64,000 nucleotides of DNA. Origin: Callorhinchus milii. Lineage: Eukaryota. The notes under the pieces are model-generated. The model had not been told where the DNA came from, made no database searches, and worked only from the letters and a program-made list of their open reading frames with translations. The stretch lies in contig NW_024704742.1 of NCBI RefSeq assembly GCF_018977255.1, positions 56,298,001 to 56,362,000 on the forward strand, read 5' to 3'. Shown in pieces: positions 39,025 to 52,771 of this stretch (its first letter is position 1; every line of letters starts with the position of its first letter). Position numbers and translations under genes: made by a program.

Positions 39025-39275
39025 TATGCGGTCTTAGCTGGTTAGACTCCTGCAGTACCCCAACGCACACTCTGGGGTCCCCAAACCTTGGCTCTTGGCA
39101 ACCTCTGCCTAATACTTTCTGAAATTAGATAAGCAGGATGCATCCCACCAGAGAGAGAGTGTGCATATCATTCCAACAATTTATCTCTGGGATTTTCATG
39201 GAAATCTCAGCTTGGTTTGGATACTCTTAAGCATGGTGATGGGTTTCCACATTTGTCGGATACCCGGCTGACAAA
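39025..39275. repeat. Unclassified interspersed repeat, copy 3
   Basis: Colinear with 8940-9210 over about 250 bp; ends CCCGGCTGACAAAAAAAA. Confidence 0.8.
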
Positions 39276-41866
39276 AAAAATTATTGATCATAATTTCATA
39301 ATCTTTCTTCCCAACATTTACATATATTTTGTTTGAACATTCCACATAAGCTTGAATATACAGTCTTCTGTGGCAGGGAATTCACAATCTTTGTGTGAAG
39401 AAACATTTTCTGATTTTGTTTCCAATTACCTTGATTTTAATTTTAAGACTATTACATAAAATTCCAATCTAACATGCTCATAGCATAAGCAGCACTTTAA
39501 AGAAGTGTGGTGGATAAAAACTGCACTGTACATGGTTACACAACTAGAATATTTGCAAAGTGGTTTAGTAATCACTCAGATAGAGAGAAAAAAAACATTA
39601 TGCAGATTGAGAGAGCTGTCCTGTGAATAAACAAAGGGGAGTTAGTGAGCAAAATCTACTGAAGGAAAACAGAGGGAGCTGTGACAATCAAGAATTTAAA
39701 TGATTGCAATCCACAGGAACTGTCAGTTCCAGCTCAGAGGGGTAGAAGCAATCTCAAAGGCATAGATAAAATATATAAGTAGATGTTTAATGTCGACTGT
39801 GATCACAAAGCTGGAAGCCGATGAATACTAAACAGGTGGGCCTCAAGTAAAACTGGAAATTCAAATATTTTCTCTCTTTGCTCCTCATTTAGTAGCAGCT
39901 ATCAGATCCATGAAAAGCCATTAACTTCTTTAAACTTAATTGGATGATTATCTGGTTAAGAAATACAGCTGGGGAGAAATTCAACCTGGATCTAGATTTC
40001 TTCCGTTGAAGTGGCATTTTGGAGCATCCAGAATTTGACAAATCTCAAATCTGTAAGAAAACGTGACTCTATTTGACAAGGGAAAGGAGTTTCTCCAAGT
40101 GTCCTGTTTACCTCATTGCTGTTTGTTGAATTCTGTTTTTTGCAAAATGGCTGCTCCTATTGCCTACATAGACAGTAATTATTCTTCACAGCAATTACTG
40201 TGAGGAGCTTTGAAACATCTTGAATTAATCAGATGCTATAAAATGGAAGTCAAAGATCAAATACTCAATACAACACTGATTTTTTGATGAATTTCTCAAA
40301 GGTAAGAAGTTCTTCACACCAGGAACACAATTTGGGGTAATATTTATGGAGAAATTTCATCTGGATCTAAATATACTCTATTTATGTTGCATTTTAGCAG
40401 ATCCGGAATTTGGCAAATTCATAAATATGGCTTTAATTTTGTTTTAGTTTACTATAAATGCATTTAAGAATTATAGAAAATCAACTTCAACAATTGGCAA
40501 AATTCAGAGTAAATATAAAACTAGGTGGAATTTTAGGACAGGCGCCAGGAAGTAGAATATTTATTTACCCGGAGGGTAATTAATGATTGGAATAGTTTGC
40601 CAGGACCCTGAACTAATTTTAAAAAAATTTAAGCTGTAATGGGAAGACGGTAATATGAGTATTCTGAAACAATGATGTGAAATGGGCCAGGGGGCCATTT
40701 TATCCCAATCTGTCTTGTGATCTTGTGATAAATAAGCAATAATAAATAATCCTTGCATTTGATATAGCACCTGATCACTTCATTAAGGCATCTCAAAGCG
40801 CTTCACTGAATATAATGTAAAATGTGATGTGTAGAAAGAGTGGGCTGAATGTGGAATATATCCTTGCCTTCTGAAAAATCAGCTTATGTTATAATTTCTC
40901 TTATTTAGGTTGTAGTTCAGGACAGATGAGTATGTTACAATGAAAAATAAAGACCAATTACTTAAACTCTGTGGAGAATTTTCTTGTGATTTCCCATTAA
41001 TAGAACCAATATGCTGAATGATATCAATATTTAATAGTGCAAAGAAACATAAAGAACAAACATCAGACTAATTTAGTAAGCTAACAATAACTTCATTATT
41101 TATCAAATCTACAGACATTCTTTCAGAGAGCCAGTATAACATCTTAATTAAAGCTTCATCAAGTTTGAAATCATGTATTTTTTATATATTGTTTAGTCCT
41201 GCCTTCTTCAATGTAGGTTCAACCAAATGAAAGAGCTATTGAACATCACCCATTTTCAGAATGTTGCAAGAGTTAATAGCACTTTATGACCCTGGGTTAA
41301 CAAGCACAACAACTGAACACCCCATGTGTGGCCATATCGGTTGTACATCATCGTTGATTTCAATGGAAAATGAAATTACAAACATGTCACTGGGATGAGG
41401 GTCTCCCGGCTTTAGACGTGTATACAATCGAAGATTAAACAGTTCTTCTAGATTGTACTTGTGAAGACTGTGATGAAATTTATGCTCTAATGTTTTGTGG
41501 CACTATACATTTGATCTTTAGGATCACAATGCTGAAAACAAACAAACCCATTCATGTATTTGCTTTGGGGGGTTTTTCTCCTTGAGAATGCTTAACACTT
41601 AAGAGGTGCCCACTCTTATCCGATGAGACTCTTGGGTTCTGGGCAATGAGCAGAATAAGACCAGCTTATTATTTATAGCCTTCCTTTAATTAAGGATCTG
41701 AGAACAGAGGAACCAAAAACACTCAGCAACTCATGCTTTGAAAATTCTTTTGTTAATAAAAAATATAAAATTTGTTAGTTCAGTTATCACAAATACAACA
41801 GGCAGGTCAATAGCATACACAAATGTCCGTATCAAAGTCAGTTGGTAAATTCACAAACAGCAGGCA

Positions 41867-42210
41867 CAACAACAACAACAACAAAATTACATTTGTGTAG
41901 TGCTTTTCATGTCGGGAGGACGTCCCAAGGCACTGGACAGACAGAGTTTCGGAGGGGGGAGGGCAGGGGGGGAAGCATGCTGATCGAAAGCACGGTCGAA
42001 GAGGAGGGTCTTGAGGTGGGTCTTGAAGGTGGTGAAGGAGGGGACGAAATGGAGGGACTGCGGGATGGAGTTCCAGAGGGCGGGTGCAGAGTGGCGGAAG
42101 GCCCGCCCACCGATAGTGGTGTGAGCAAGGCAGGGGACGTGAAGCAGGTCAGAGCCCACTGAGTGGAGGGAGTGAATAGGGTGGTAGGGGTTTAGGAGAT
42201 CGGAGAGGTA
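41867..42210 (-). mobile_element. L2 3' fragment
   Basis: TIGGRAFRHSAPALWNSIP; (GTT)n tail. Confidence 0.9.
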
Positions 42211-43324
42211 GAATATATTGACAATTCACTACTTCTAAATCAGCACTGAGTCATCTGCTGTGGAATATGCCATTGGAGAATGTGAATACCTAAGATGTTT
42301 TTCTTGGTGAAGAAAATTCAGTTTGGCTTTTAAGTGTATATTTCTAACTTGACAGTTCTTTGGACAGTTGCAGAACTTTGTAATTGAACTACCTGTTAGA
42401 TTTTTGGGCCTTATCGTGGTCTACCGATCTATCAGCTGTGCCTCATCAGTCTTGACACACTAACTTTGCTTTAAACAGGTCGTCTATATATAGACTGAGA
42501 TATATATCAGTCTTCGGAATGATCACAGCATCCATATGTTTGAATGGGTTTGCAATTTCTCTCACTCTTCTGACCACAAATCTCATTTCTTACATTTCTT
42601 TGCATTTGACAGATCTGTTTCAATAAGCATACATAAATGCAGCTCCTGTAAAAGAAACAGACTAGGATTATGTTTGTTCTTTCTGGGATCTGCCTTTCTT
42701 TGCTTGATAGTTTCTCTTGAAGGGCTAAATTTCCAATTAATTTTATTTGTTTTGGTGGACTTGAAGAAAACCTTTTGAAGCTTAATAGTTCATCCAGTTG
42801 GCCATTATTACTCTTCCATTCAAGTTTTGCAGTACATATTGACCTTCTATGTGAGCTTCCGAATTGTATCAATTCCCTGAGTCCCAGTGTTTTGCCAAAT
42901 GTACCTGATTATGTAACCCTAATGTGTGGAACATCAAACATGGCCATTCATTACTCTTACCAACATTCCTAACCTTTGAAATCAGCATAATGTTCCTTAG
43001 CAAAATTATACCAATGGGCCAATCTAGCTTGTTACCACAACAACAACAACAACAACTTGCATTTATATAGAACCCTTCATCCCAGTGCGCTTCACAGTAG
43101 TGGAGTATGGATCTGGGTTTGGAGGAAGTTATCCACATTGCACAGCTAAGAAAGCACATCAACATAGGAGTTACTTAGCATATGCCAAAGGTGTGAGTTA
43201 CAATAGGAAAAGTATGCATAACAGTGCAAACATCAATTGTATACAGGTAGTTTCTGCCCAAGAGTATGGTGGTAGCAAAACTTTCAATAGAGAAAAGATG
43301 GTCAGTGTATATTCTGTATCTGGA

Positions 43325-43680
43325 TTCTGTATCCTGTAGCATAGTGCGCTCGCTTTGCAAGCAAGGGGACCCAGATTCAATTCCTGGACGAAATCTTAGG
43401 CAATTTTCTTTTCTCAACATGCGTCTGCTTACCTAGCAGTAAGTAGGAACCCAGCTGTTAGTCGATTGGTGGATCGCTTTTGGGGGTAATAATCCCTCAA
43501 AAAAAAATTTGATCACTCAATCCACAACTGTTTGTGGGACACAGCTGTATGCAATTGGCTGCTATGTTTCGCCCACAAAACATACAATCACTACACTTTA
43601 TAGTATATTCTGTGAAGCGCTTTAAGACATCTCAACAATGTGATAAGGTGCTACATCAAATGCAAAGATTATTATTGTTA
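43325..43680 (+). mobile_element. SINE, long subfamily
   Basis: Head, TTACCTAGCAGTAAGTAGGAACCC, Deu core, tail. Confidence 0.88.
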
Positions 43681-43947
43681 TCTTTATCTAAGACTAGATC
43701 TCCACATAGTTGAGTTTCCCATGAAAACTTCCTCAATTAAAAGAAGCAGCACTAAACAAATTCACATGTGCACAATTTTGTTCAAAACATTTTTTTAATT
43801 TTGCTCTTTTTCTTTTGATATCACTCAGGATCAAATAATTCATTTGCAATCACTGAGATATTGTCCAGCTGTAGCTGTAGTGTATAATTTAAGAAGGAAG
43901 CCCTAAAACCTGTCTGCACTTGAGCTGTTCATTACAATTTCATTACA

Positions 43948-44252
43948 GGGAGTCCTGTGACTCAATGGTTAGAGCACTCGCCTCACAAGCGAGAGACCTG
44001 GGTTCGATTCCCGGCAGGGTGAAACATTGGGCAAGTTTCCTTATTCCACACGCCTGATAATAATTCTTAAAAAAAATAGGTCACTTCAATCCACAACTGT
44101 TCATGGGACAATTGGCAGTCAATTCACTTTACAGTCTATCCAGTCTATGCAGTCTATACAGTCAATTCACTTTATAGTCTATTCTGTGAAGCGCTTTGAA
44201 ATATCTAGAAGACATGAAAAAGCGCTATATCAAATGCAAGGATTATTATTAT
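43948..44252 (+). mobile_element. SINE, short subfamily with internal deletion and small tandem duplication
   Basis: GGAGTCCTGTGACTCAATGGTTAGAGCAC head and (ATT)n tail. Confidence 0.88.
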
Positions 44253-44859
44253 TTGCATTATTACTGTATGCAAGATTTTGGAAGGCTCCTCCTAAAATTG
44301 ACTTTAGAACTTTATAGTTTTTAAATATATATATATGGCTTTTATGGTGTTGGCATTGCACCATTATCTCTGAGAATTATGCACTCCACAACTGGGTTCA
44401 CTTATATTTCCCCTAACCCTCAACTGGACAATTAAACAGCTATTGCTGGTGCCTGCTCAGTGACTGTTGCAATTTTGTGGAGGTTGACAAGACCACATGT
44501 CTCAAATGGTATTAGGAGTGTGGGGTGCTTATGCAGTTTCCTTAGACAGACTTCAGAAAGATTGTAAAATGGCCTTTATTTCTATCATTTATAAGTTGCA
44601 AATTGGCTTCTCCCAGATGTTGTCATTTGGTTTGTTATGGAGAGAAAATAAACAAATACTTGCTTGAGTTACCTGTTTCCCTGTGTGTTACCTGTTTCTC
44701 CCTCTCCCCCCACCAATAAAGTTTGGTTAATGCTGAATACTTAACACTATAGTATTTAATATCGATCCCCAGCAAATTTACTCGACTTAACAATACAAAA
44801 CATAATACATCCAAATAATAAGATAAATGGTGTATAACAGTGTCTATAACATGAAATAT

Positions 44860-45100
44860 CTTAAAGTGCTTAACAGTAGCTGTCTTTGCATGTAACCACA
44901 GCAGGCAGTGTCATGCACAGCAATGACCTACAACAGCCAAAAGATGAATAACCAATTGATATCTTCTCTTCTCTTTTCGAACAGTGTTCTTTAATGTCAA
45001 CCTGGACAATCAAACAGGACATCAGTTTAACATCTCTTCTGAAGGTTGGTGCCTCTGACAATGCAGCATCTCCAACACTGTATTGGAGTGTCAGCCTAGA
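44860..45100 (-). mobile_element. Old SacSINE1-like SINE
   Basis: Reverse complement CTAGGCTGACACTCCAATACAGTGTTGGAGATGCTGCATTGTCAGAGG. Confidence 0.75.
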
Positions 45101-46274
45101 CTGTTTAAAAATATTTTTCAATATTCAAATAATTACCAAAGAGAGGGAAATCTATAAGTGACAAAACACTACAGTAAATATTCTTAACATTACAACAATA
45201 CAATAATCTGTGCATTTGATAGAGTACCAAATCATGCCATACAATATAATATCGTATAGCATTTCACATCGGGAGGAAAGGCGCTATACAAATGCCATGC
45301 ACAATGTTATTTCTAGTTTTATGTAATGGCATCTAATTTGTGAGTTGAGTTGAGCACTCATTTGCAAACTGCTAACTTGGTTAATCATGTACAGAGATGT
45401 TAAAGAACAACAGGGTTTACATTTCTAACATGTAATCAGTGAAAAGGATAACATATGTATCTGATTGTTTGTTACACAATTAAGGGCCTCTGGTTATACA
45501 TGGTTAACCCAACATGTAAACTAGAATCCTATGTTAAAACTAGGAGGACAGAAATGATTGCTAACTGGACTTTTTTGATACAACTATTCATGCTTTCATA
45601 CAATGAACAAAGTTAACAATCTGTACACTATCTTTCAATGAATCTAAAGCAATCGATTCTTTGTAAATTATACATTTTGTTGAAAATTCTTTAGCACCCT
45701 ATCATTAATGCAAAAAATTCAATCTAGTTGGTATTATATAATGAGATTCTGTATGTGTTTGAATTTATATTGCGTTCCAAGTGCTCCGGGATGCTAACCC
45801 GAGTGTAAAGCGCTATATAAATGCAAGTTGTTGTTGTTATTATTGAGGACACATCAGATTGACAAGAAAACTCCCACAGAGGTCAGATGAACTAGTTTAT
45901 ATACTGGATGGGAAAAACATTTCAAATAAAATGCAAAAATCTTGAAATCAGTAATGTTCTTAATTTGGTTCCTTTAGCAGTATTGATGTATTGTCTCTTT
46001 TTACACATACTTTGGAGATTACAGACTATTTTTATAAGATATTTATCAATATCTACAAGAAACCACACTACTGGCAGGCAGGCAGGCATATATTCATCTC
46101 AATGGATTTTTTTCTGCATTTAATCCTTTTTGATATGTACGGACATCTGTCCGAAAGTTTGGAAATTGGATACCATAAAATTAATTTATAAACCTATTTG
46201 CATGAGATTCTCTGATAAATCAGAATTTAAATTAAAAACAGGGGTATTAAAAGTGGGTTGAGATGTATAATAAT

Positions 46275-46985
46275 TCCCACGAGCTACTGAGATAGTGGAT
46301 GGCTTGTCTTTGATCTTCCAAAATTCTCTGGATTCTGGAACGGTTCCCATTGATTGGAAGATTGCAAATGTGACACCACTATTTAAGAAGGGTGGGAGAG
46401 AAAAGATGGGGAACTATAGACCAGTTAGTCTGACTTCAGTGGTAGGGAAAATTCTTGAGTTCTTAATTAAAGATGTCGTCATGGGATTCCTGGAAGACCA
46501 TAACAAGATTAGGCAGAGTCAACATGGCTTTACAGAAGAGAAATCATGCTTAACTAATCTTTTAGAGTTATTTGAAGATGTATCTAGCAGGTTAGATAGG
46601 GGGGAGCCAGTAGATGTATATTTAGATTTTAAAAAGGCATTTGACAAAGTGCCACGCAAAAGGTTAAGGCCCACGGGATTAATGGGAACATATTAGCATG
46701 GATTGAAGAGTGGCTAACGGGTAGAAAACAGAGAGTAGGGATAAATGGGTCATTCTCAAATTGGCAGGATGTGACTTGTGGAGTGCCACAAAGATCAGTG
46801 CTTGGGCCTCAGCTATTTACAATTTACATCAATGATCTAGACGAGGACATTGAATGTAACGTGTCTAAATTCGCGGATGACACTAAACTAGGTGGGAGAG
46901 GATGATGCAAAAAGATTGCAACGGGATATAGATAGGCTAGGGGAGTGGGCGAGTAGGTGGCAGATGGAATTTAATGTTGGAAAGT
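46275..46985 (+). mobile_element. CR1 RT fragment
   Basis: [49 protein letters not shown]. Confidence 0.93.
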
Positions 46986-46989
46986 GCTC

Positions 46990-47428
46990 AGTTTTACTGG
47001 CTCTCCATTCCTCAGAGAATCGAGTACAAAACCTTCATTTTTACCTTCAAGGCTCTCCACGGTTTTGCTGCCCCCTACCTCTCTGACCTCATAGCCTCAT
47101 ATCAGCCTGTTGGCTCCCTCTGCTCAGCAGACAGAGGCTTGCTTCAGGTCCCCCACACTTCCCGCCCCACCATTGACAGTCAGGCATTCAACATCTCTGG
47201 AACTCTATCCCACAATCCCTCTGCCTCACCCCTTCTCTTGCCTCCTTCAAATCCCATCTGAAGACCTTCCTCTTTGATCGTGCCTTCAGCCACCCTCCCA
47301 GCCCCATCCCCACTTGCTCTACCCCACTTCTGAGCCCAACTCCCAGTTTGGGTTCAAAACCCTGATTGTTCAGCGCCCTGGGATGTCTTTCCAAGTGTAA
47401 TTTATTGTTGTTGTTATTGTTGTTGTTT
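46990..47428 (+). mobile_element. L2 3' fragment directly abutting the CR1 piece
   Basis: YWLSIPQRIEYK..FKALHGFAAPYLSDL; (GTT)n tail. Confidence 0.88.
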
Positions 47429-48102
47429 GTACCTGGGGCCACCTTGGTCTAAATAGATATTTTGACCATGTTACACATATTATGTAGAACTGGTATAATA
47501 TTAAAGAGTTAACACAGTTACACATGGAATCAGAAAATGCATTAGATCCCAGAAGGTTGCAATTGGAGAATTCATTGAACTGTTTAAAAGGGAGTTAGAA
47601 AGATATCTGGAAAGTAAGGATATTAAGGAAAGTTTTTTTTCTCATTGCTTACTCCTTTTTCCTAATCTCATCACTCTCATATATTCACATTAAATGATAT
47701 TCACTACTTGCCAGCCCTACCCTACACTCTGTTCAGATCCTTCTGTATTTTGTCAGCATGATTCCCTTCCTTGCAACTCCCCCAGTGTGGTATCACATAA
47801 AACAAAGATAGCTTAGGTTTTCATCCCCACTTCCATTTCATTTATCTGCAGGGCTTTAGTTGTTTACCTCCCACTCCCCTCAACTAAGGATCCTATATGA
47901 AGCAGGGAATCATGAAAAACTGCAGAACTGGATCTAAGAAATGAATCAATGCTTGAGGCTTTGGAACTGCACAAGTTAATCATACTTTTTTAATAAATTA
48001 ACTATCCTTGGCAGCAAATTTGGCAGTATTACTTCTTGCTTGCCAGTAAACTTAATGACTTTGGTAATGAGAGCCTTCTATAATAGAAAAATCATTACAT
48101 AC

Positions 48103-48137
48103 CTCATGTCGAATAGACTAACATGGTAAGAATTATT
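48103..48137 (-). pseudogene. Micro-exon, repeat 3 (NNSYHVSLFDM)
   Basis: Acceptor ggttttattttag, donor GAG|gtatgt; phase 0 to 2 links exon 51055 to exon 28036; at the position of PGK NDAFG. Confidence 0.65.
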
Positions 48138-49102
48138 CTAAAATAAAACCACATGTCTAACCAGAACAATACTTTAGTAACAATATTTTAATTCAGACAG
48201 CAGGACAAGAGGAAATAGGTTAAGGTACAGAGAGGTGTATAGCATTTTAAATGGGATTGAAAAAGTAACCCAAACAATGCTTTCAGATGCACCAGGACAA
48301 TAGAACAGGAGAACATAGGTCCAGAGTTTCAAAGGGCAATTCCAGTACAGTTCATAGAATCATAGAGTTATACAGCACAGGAGGAGGTCATTCGGCTGAT
48401 CGTGTTTGTACTGTCTCTTTGAAAAGAGCTACCCAAATCAATCCCACTCCCTCGCTCTCTCCCCATAGCTCTTCAAACTTGTCCTCCCCAAATAATTATC
48501 TACTCTCTTAAAAGTTGTTATCAAATTGTTTTTCAGATAACAGAAAGTTTTTCTTCACCCAGAGATTATTTAACAACTAGAACAGGTTACCAGGAAGAGT
48601 GATTGGGGCCAGGACACTCGACTTGTTTAAGAAGCAGCTTGGTGCTGTGATGAAAGGATGGTTCTGAAAGAATGAGATCAGATGGGCTGAACAGCCTTCT
48701 TCCCTGAGCAAGTCTTATGATTCCATTGTAAATTTAAATACATGATTCTAGCCTTGTTTATAATAGTCCTGAGGGCAATTTGGACAATGAACATCTGATC
48801 CTCAAAACTACATTGAAGATATTGGAGGAGGTTAAGAGAAGGACAACAAATGATCTGACTGCTTTTCATGTTAATAATAATAATGATAATAAATAATTAT
48901 TTCATTTTTAATCTCACCATCGAGATTGAGAGGAGCCATAATTCTGTGTTGAAAATGTACAGAGGAATAGATGCCATATCTATAAACAGACCACTAGAGG
49001 GCAGGGATTAGGAGAAATTGGGTTTCCCATTCGACCGTGCACATATGGAGCAGACTCTCAGTCAGAGCAATGTTGTGTTGATTAATTCTTCAACAAAGAA
49101 AT

Positions 49103-49410
49103 TGAGTCCTGTAGCTCAGTGGTTAGAGCACTTGCCTCGCAAATGAGAGACCTGGGTTCAATTCGCGACAGGGCGAAACCTTGGGCAAGTTTCCTTATTC
49201 CATACGCCTGATAATAATTCCTCAAAAAAAATAATAAAATTGGTCACTTCAATCCACAACTGTGGGCCATTGCTGTGTGCAATTGGTTGCTGCATTTCAC
49301 CCACAAATATACACTTTATAGTATTATATTCACTTTATAATATATTCTGTGAAGCTCTTTGAGACGTCTAAAAGACATGAAAAGCGCTATACCAATTGCA
49401 AGGATTTTTT
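49103..49410 (+). mobile_element. SINE, short subfamily
   Basis: GAGTCCTGTAGCTCAGTGGTTAGAGCAC head to tail. Confidence 0.9.
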
Positions 49411-49780
49411 ATATATATATACATCTGACAAGGAATAGTATTGGAGATTATAAGGACACTAATGAACTAAATTGAGTAAATAAGCTGTTGGACACACCAG
49501 GATGGAAAAAAATGTTCATTAGGAAAGCAGCAACATAAGCAGCACATTGTCTGGAAAGAGAGCAGGAAAGCCCTATATATGTCATAAACATCCAGCTCTG
49601 ACCTGGGGACTCATTGAAGCTGAACTCACAATGTCACTGTGAGCTTTCCTGGAGGAGATAGGTGTTGAGGGAGAATGGTTGACTATGGAAATGCTTTCCC
49701 AGGAAAATAAGTGTGTGTGTATGGGGCGGGGATTTGTAGGGTAGGGGAATGCAGTCCACAATGGGACAAGTTTTGTTTGA

Positions 49781-50108
49781 AATAATAATAATAATAATAA
49801 TCCTTGCATTTGATATAACGCTTTTCACGTCGGGAGGACGTCCCAAAGCGCTTCACAGAACACACTGTAAAGTGAATTGACTGTATATTTGTGGGCGAAC
49901 GCGGCAGCCAATTGCGCACAGCAATGTCCCACAAACAGTCGTAGATTGAAAATGACCAATTTAATTATTGTTTTTGGTTTTTGGAGGGATTATTATTAGG
50001 CGTGTGGAGTAAGGAAACTTGCCCAAGGTTTCGCCCTGTGCCTGGAATTGAACTCAGGTCTCTCACTTGCAAAGCGAGTGCTCTAACCACTGAGCTACAG
50101 GACTCCAC
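49781..50108 (-). mobile_element. Young full-length SINE
   Basis: Near-identical to 8240-8573. Confidence 0.95.
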
Positions 50109-51054
50109 ATGTAAATGTATAAGCAGACAATTAGGAAGCCATTCATCTTATCCAACTTTGCTATCAGTTTATAAAATCATAGCGAATCTTTTAATTCCAT
50201 TTCCCTATCTTCAATTTGTGCTGCATTGTCAGAAGTGCCATTCCTAATATAAGACTTTAAATTGAGGTCCTTATCCAGATGAAAGGTCCGATAGCACTAT
50301 TCAAAAAGAGAATGGAGTTTCTCCCTCTATCCAACAATCCCCCTGATAAAATTGGTCTCCACGGCTGTTTGTTGGACATTGCTGAGTGCAATGTGGCCTC
50401 TCATGAATTACAGTCACACCACTTGCAGTATATCCTGTGAAGTACATCTCAACAATGTGATAGATCACTAGATCAATTGCAAGGATTATATTAGATTTTC
50501 TCCATACCCCATAATACCCTTAAATTCCCAAGTATCCACATATTTCCCTTTTAAACATTCATATTAATTCTGCTTGTACAACAATACAAGATTATACATA
50601 TCACATTTTCATAGCCTTCTAGCCCTGGTGTTTTCTGAAAGGAATAGGTTCATAGACCAAACGCTTTCACCCTTTTTATGTGTTCTTGTTTTTTAATGCA
50701 AGCTACCTTAATTGGGTTGCCCTTTAAAGATCATTTTGCTTTGTTTTTTAGTATATCCCAGATATGCTGATAATCATTAGCTGTATCTACTTTAATTTGA
50801 GAACTTATAACCCATTTATTTTTTTAATAAAGTATTAGGCCACTGTGGGTTTGGAATTCCGGGAGACAGAGTTAATAGAGGTTATTTTGAAGCTGGGTTG
50901 GTGGAGCATGCAAAAAGGTTAAAGAAGACTCTTATTGTGTCCTTAGCATTAGGTTCTTTCAGTGCTCGAAGCAACTAACAGGACACATTTTATGAACCAC
51001 TATCCTTGTTGCAGTTTATTGTTATACCATCTGATATGCTGAAACAGAAGTTAC

Positions 51055-51199
51055 GTGGAAATATAACAAAGGGAAATTTGATATTTGGAGTCTCACTAGC
51101 GCAAATATGTTTGATATTCCAATTCAGTTCCAGCACTAAACAGCAAGAAGTTCAGGAAGAGTCCAAATGAGTAACTTAACTAACACCAGACAGATTTTG
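51055..51199 (-). pseudogene. Exon, repeat 3 (QNLSGVS*..SCCLVLELNW / LVRLQISNFPLLYFH); probable frameshift
   Basis: Strong acceptor tctttctttctcag, donor CAC|gtaact; RLQISNFPLLYFH ~ RASLSKLGDVYVN. Confidence 0.55.
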
Positions 51200-51598
51200 C
51201 TGAGAAAGAAAGATATTCAGATGGGATAGACATGTAGAAGACAAAATTTACCGTGATTGTTGTTTACACTCACAAAGACCTACACTACACTGGTACAGTT
51301 GGGATCTTGTCATCAAAGCATTCACATGAAAATATTTGTCTGGTAACCCCATTGTAGGGGTTCAGGTTATATTGGGATATATGTAATGGTGAAGGCATAA
51401 GGGCAGGTTATGAATGAAAATAAATACAATAATGCACTGAGCTTGTGAAATTTTAAGTGAATATTGTGAACAGCAAAAATGTGGAGGGCAAAGGGAAATC
51501 CCTCAATGTATATCTATCCTAATAAAACGACAACATCTGTCTGTTTGCACTTTGAAAAGTATCTCAATAACCGATTGACACAGAGAGATGATTCATAC

Positions 51599-51824
51599 CT
51601 GATCAGAAAATTCTTGTACTGGGAGTGATATGGGCATATTTGTTTTCAGATATCTCCTATCGTTCATGAGTTATGATCTAAAATGTATTTCAGTTCTGTG
51701 TTTTTCGCTGCAGTTGCAACTGGTGGCCGCCAAGTCAAAGTGGTGTTGTGACACTGTGCGTCACAAAACACGGTCGAAGACAAGCGGCGGCGGGAACAAA
51801 ATGAAGAACATAGTCGAAGCTAAT
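51599..51824 (-). pseudogene. Exon, start of repeat 3 (ISFDYV / ..ATAAKNTELKYILDHNS / RRYLKTNMPISLPVQEFSDQ); frameshifted
   Basis: Acceptor ttgccacag, donor CAG|gtatga; LKYILDH ~ IK(F/Y)(C/L)LD; the PGK-like pieces lie in three different frames. Confidence 0.6.
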
Positions 51825-52280
51825 CTGTGGCAACAACAACAAAATGACATTTTTAAAGTGCCTTTCACATCCAGAGGACGTCCCAGTGATTATAAATTAT
51901 ACATTTATATTTATCATTATAAAGATGCCTAAGTGAAAATCAAACCTTTCAAGGATAAGTAAAAATGCTAGTCAGAAGAAACACAGCCCATTAAATGAAA
52001 CTTAAGAACAAAGAACAGCGTGGCTGCACTTCAATACTTAAAGGACGTAACAGTGCGCCAAAATGAGTTGTCCCTCAAAGAACAACACAGGAAAAATGAG
52101 TCCTCCCACAGAACTCCATCCAGCTGAGTATGGATAATGATTAAATGCCCGTCTGTGTGTCAATCTATGTTCTATATTGGATCCTTTGGTTACAAATGTA
52201 ACTGCATCAGGTATTATAATATAATATAAAAANTGCCAGACAAGGATCGTAGGACATGCAGTACATCAACAGGGTCTTAC

Positions 52281-52392
52281 CTGGAGGTTATCCTCTGGGA
52301 TATTGGCAACCACATTTATCTCCTGTTGTTTCTGAAATAGTTGTTCCCATTTATGTGCACCATATGTCAAGGAAGAAAGCCAATAAACAAAT
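52281..52392 (-). pseudogene. Exon, end of repeat 2 (FVYWLSSLTYGAHKWEQLFQKQQEINVVANIPEDNLQ)
   Basis: Donor CAG|gtaag; fully open; LSSLTYG..QLF..V ~ VSHVSTG..ELL..V. Confidence 0.75.
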
Positions 52393-52503
52393 CTAAATTC
52401 AAATCATTTGCTTTTAATTTAGTTATCTTAGTGACAGCACATAAGATCCTATTTTCAGGATCTAAGAACCACTAGGATTGTCTACAATCATTCAGTACAG
52501 CAC

Positions 52504-52606
52504 CTCGATAAAGAGATGAAAATTGCAACATATTGATTGACAATTATCACATTGTTGATAAATGTGGTTATTAAAGCCACACAATATGTTGAAACAGTGG
52601 AAAATT
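52504..52606 (-). pseudogene. Exon, repeat 2 (FSTVSTYCVALITTFINNVIIVNQYVAIFISLS)
   Basis: Open; GAG|gtgctg phase 2 end fits next exon; gapless spacing to PGK F..GT..I...IIGGGDTA. Confidence 0.5.
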
Positions 52607-52771
52607 CTTAAATTCAACTTTAAATTGGTAGACGCTTTCCCCTGTTATTAAAAATAAACCATCTACCAAATTAAGATTGAATTTAGTATGAGCTACCTCC
52701 ATGAAGTGTGCTATATAAATGCAACATGTTGTTGAATCTTAAGAATGTCCACATTTCTGCAAGTTTTTTAC

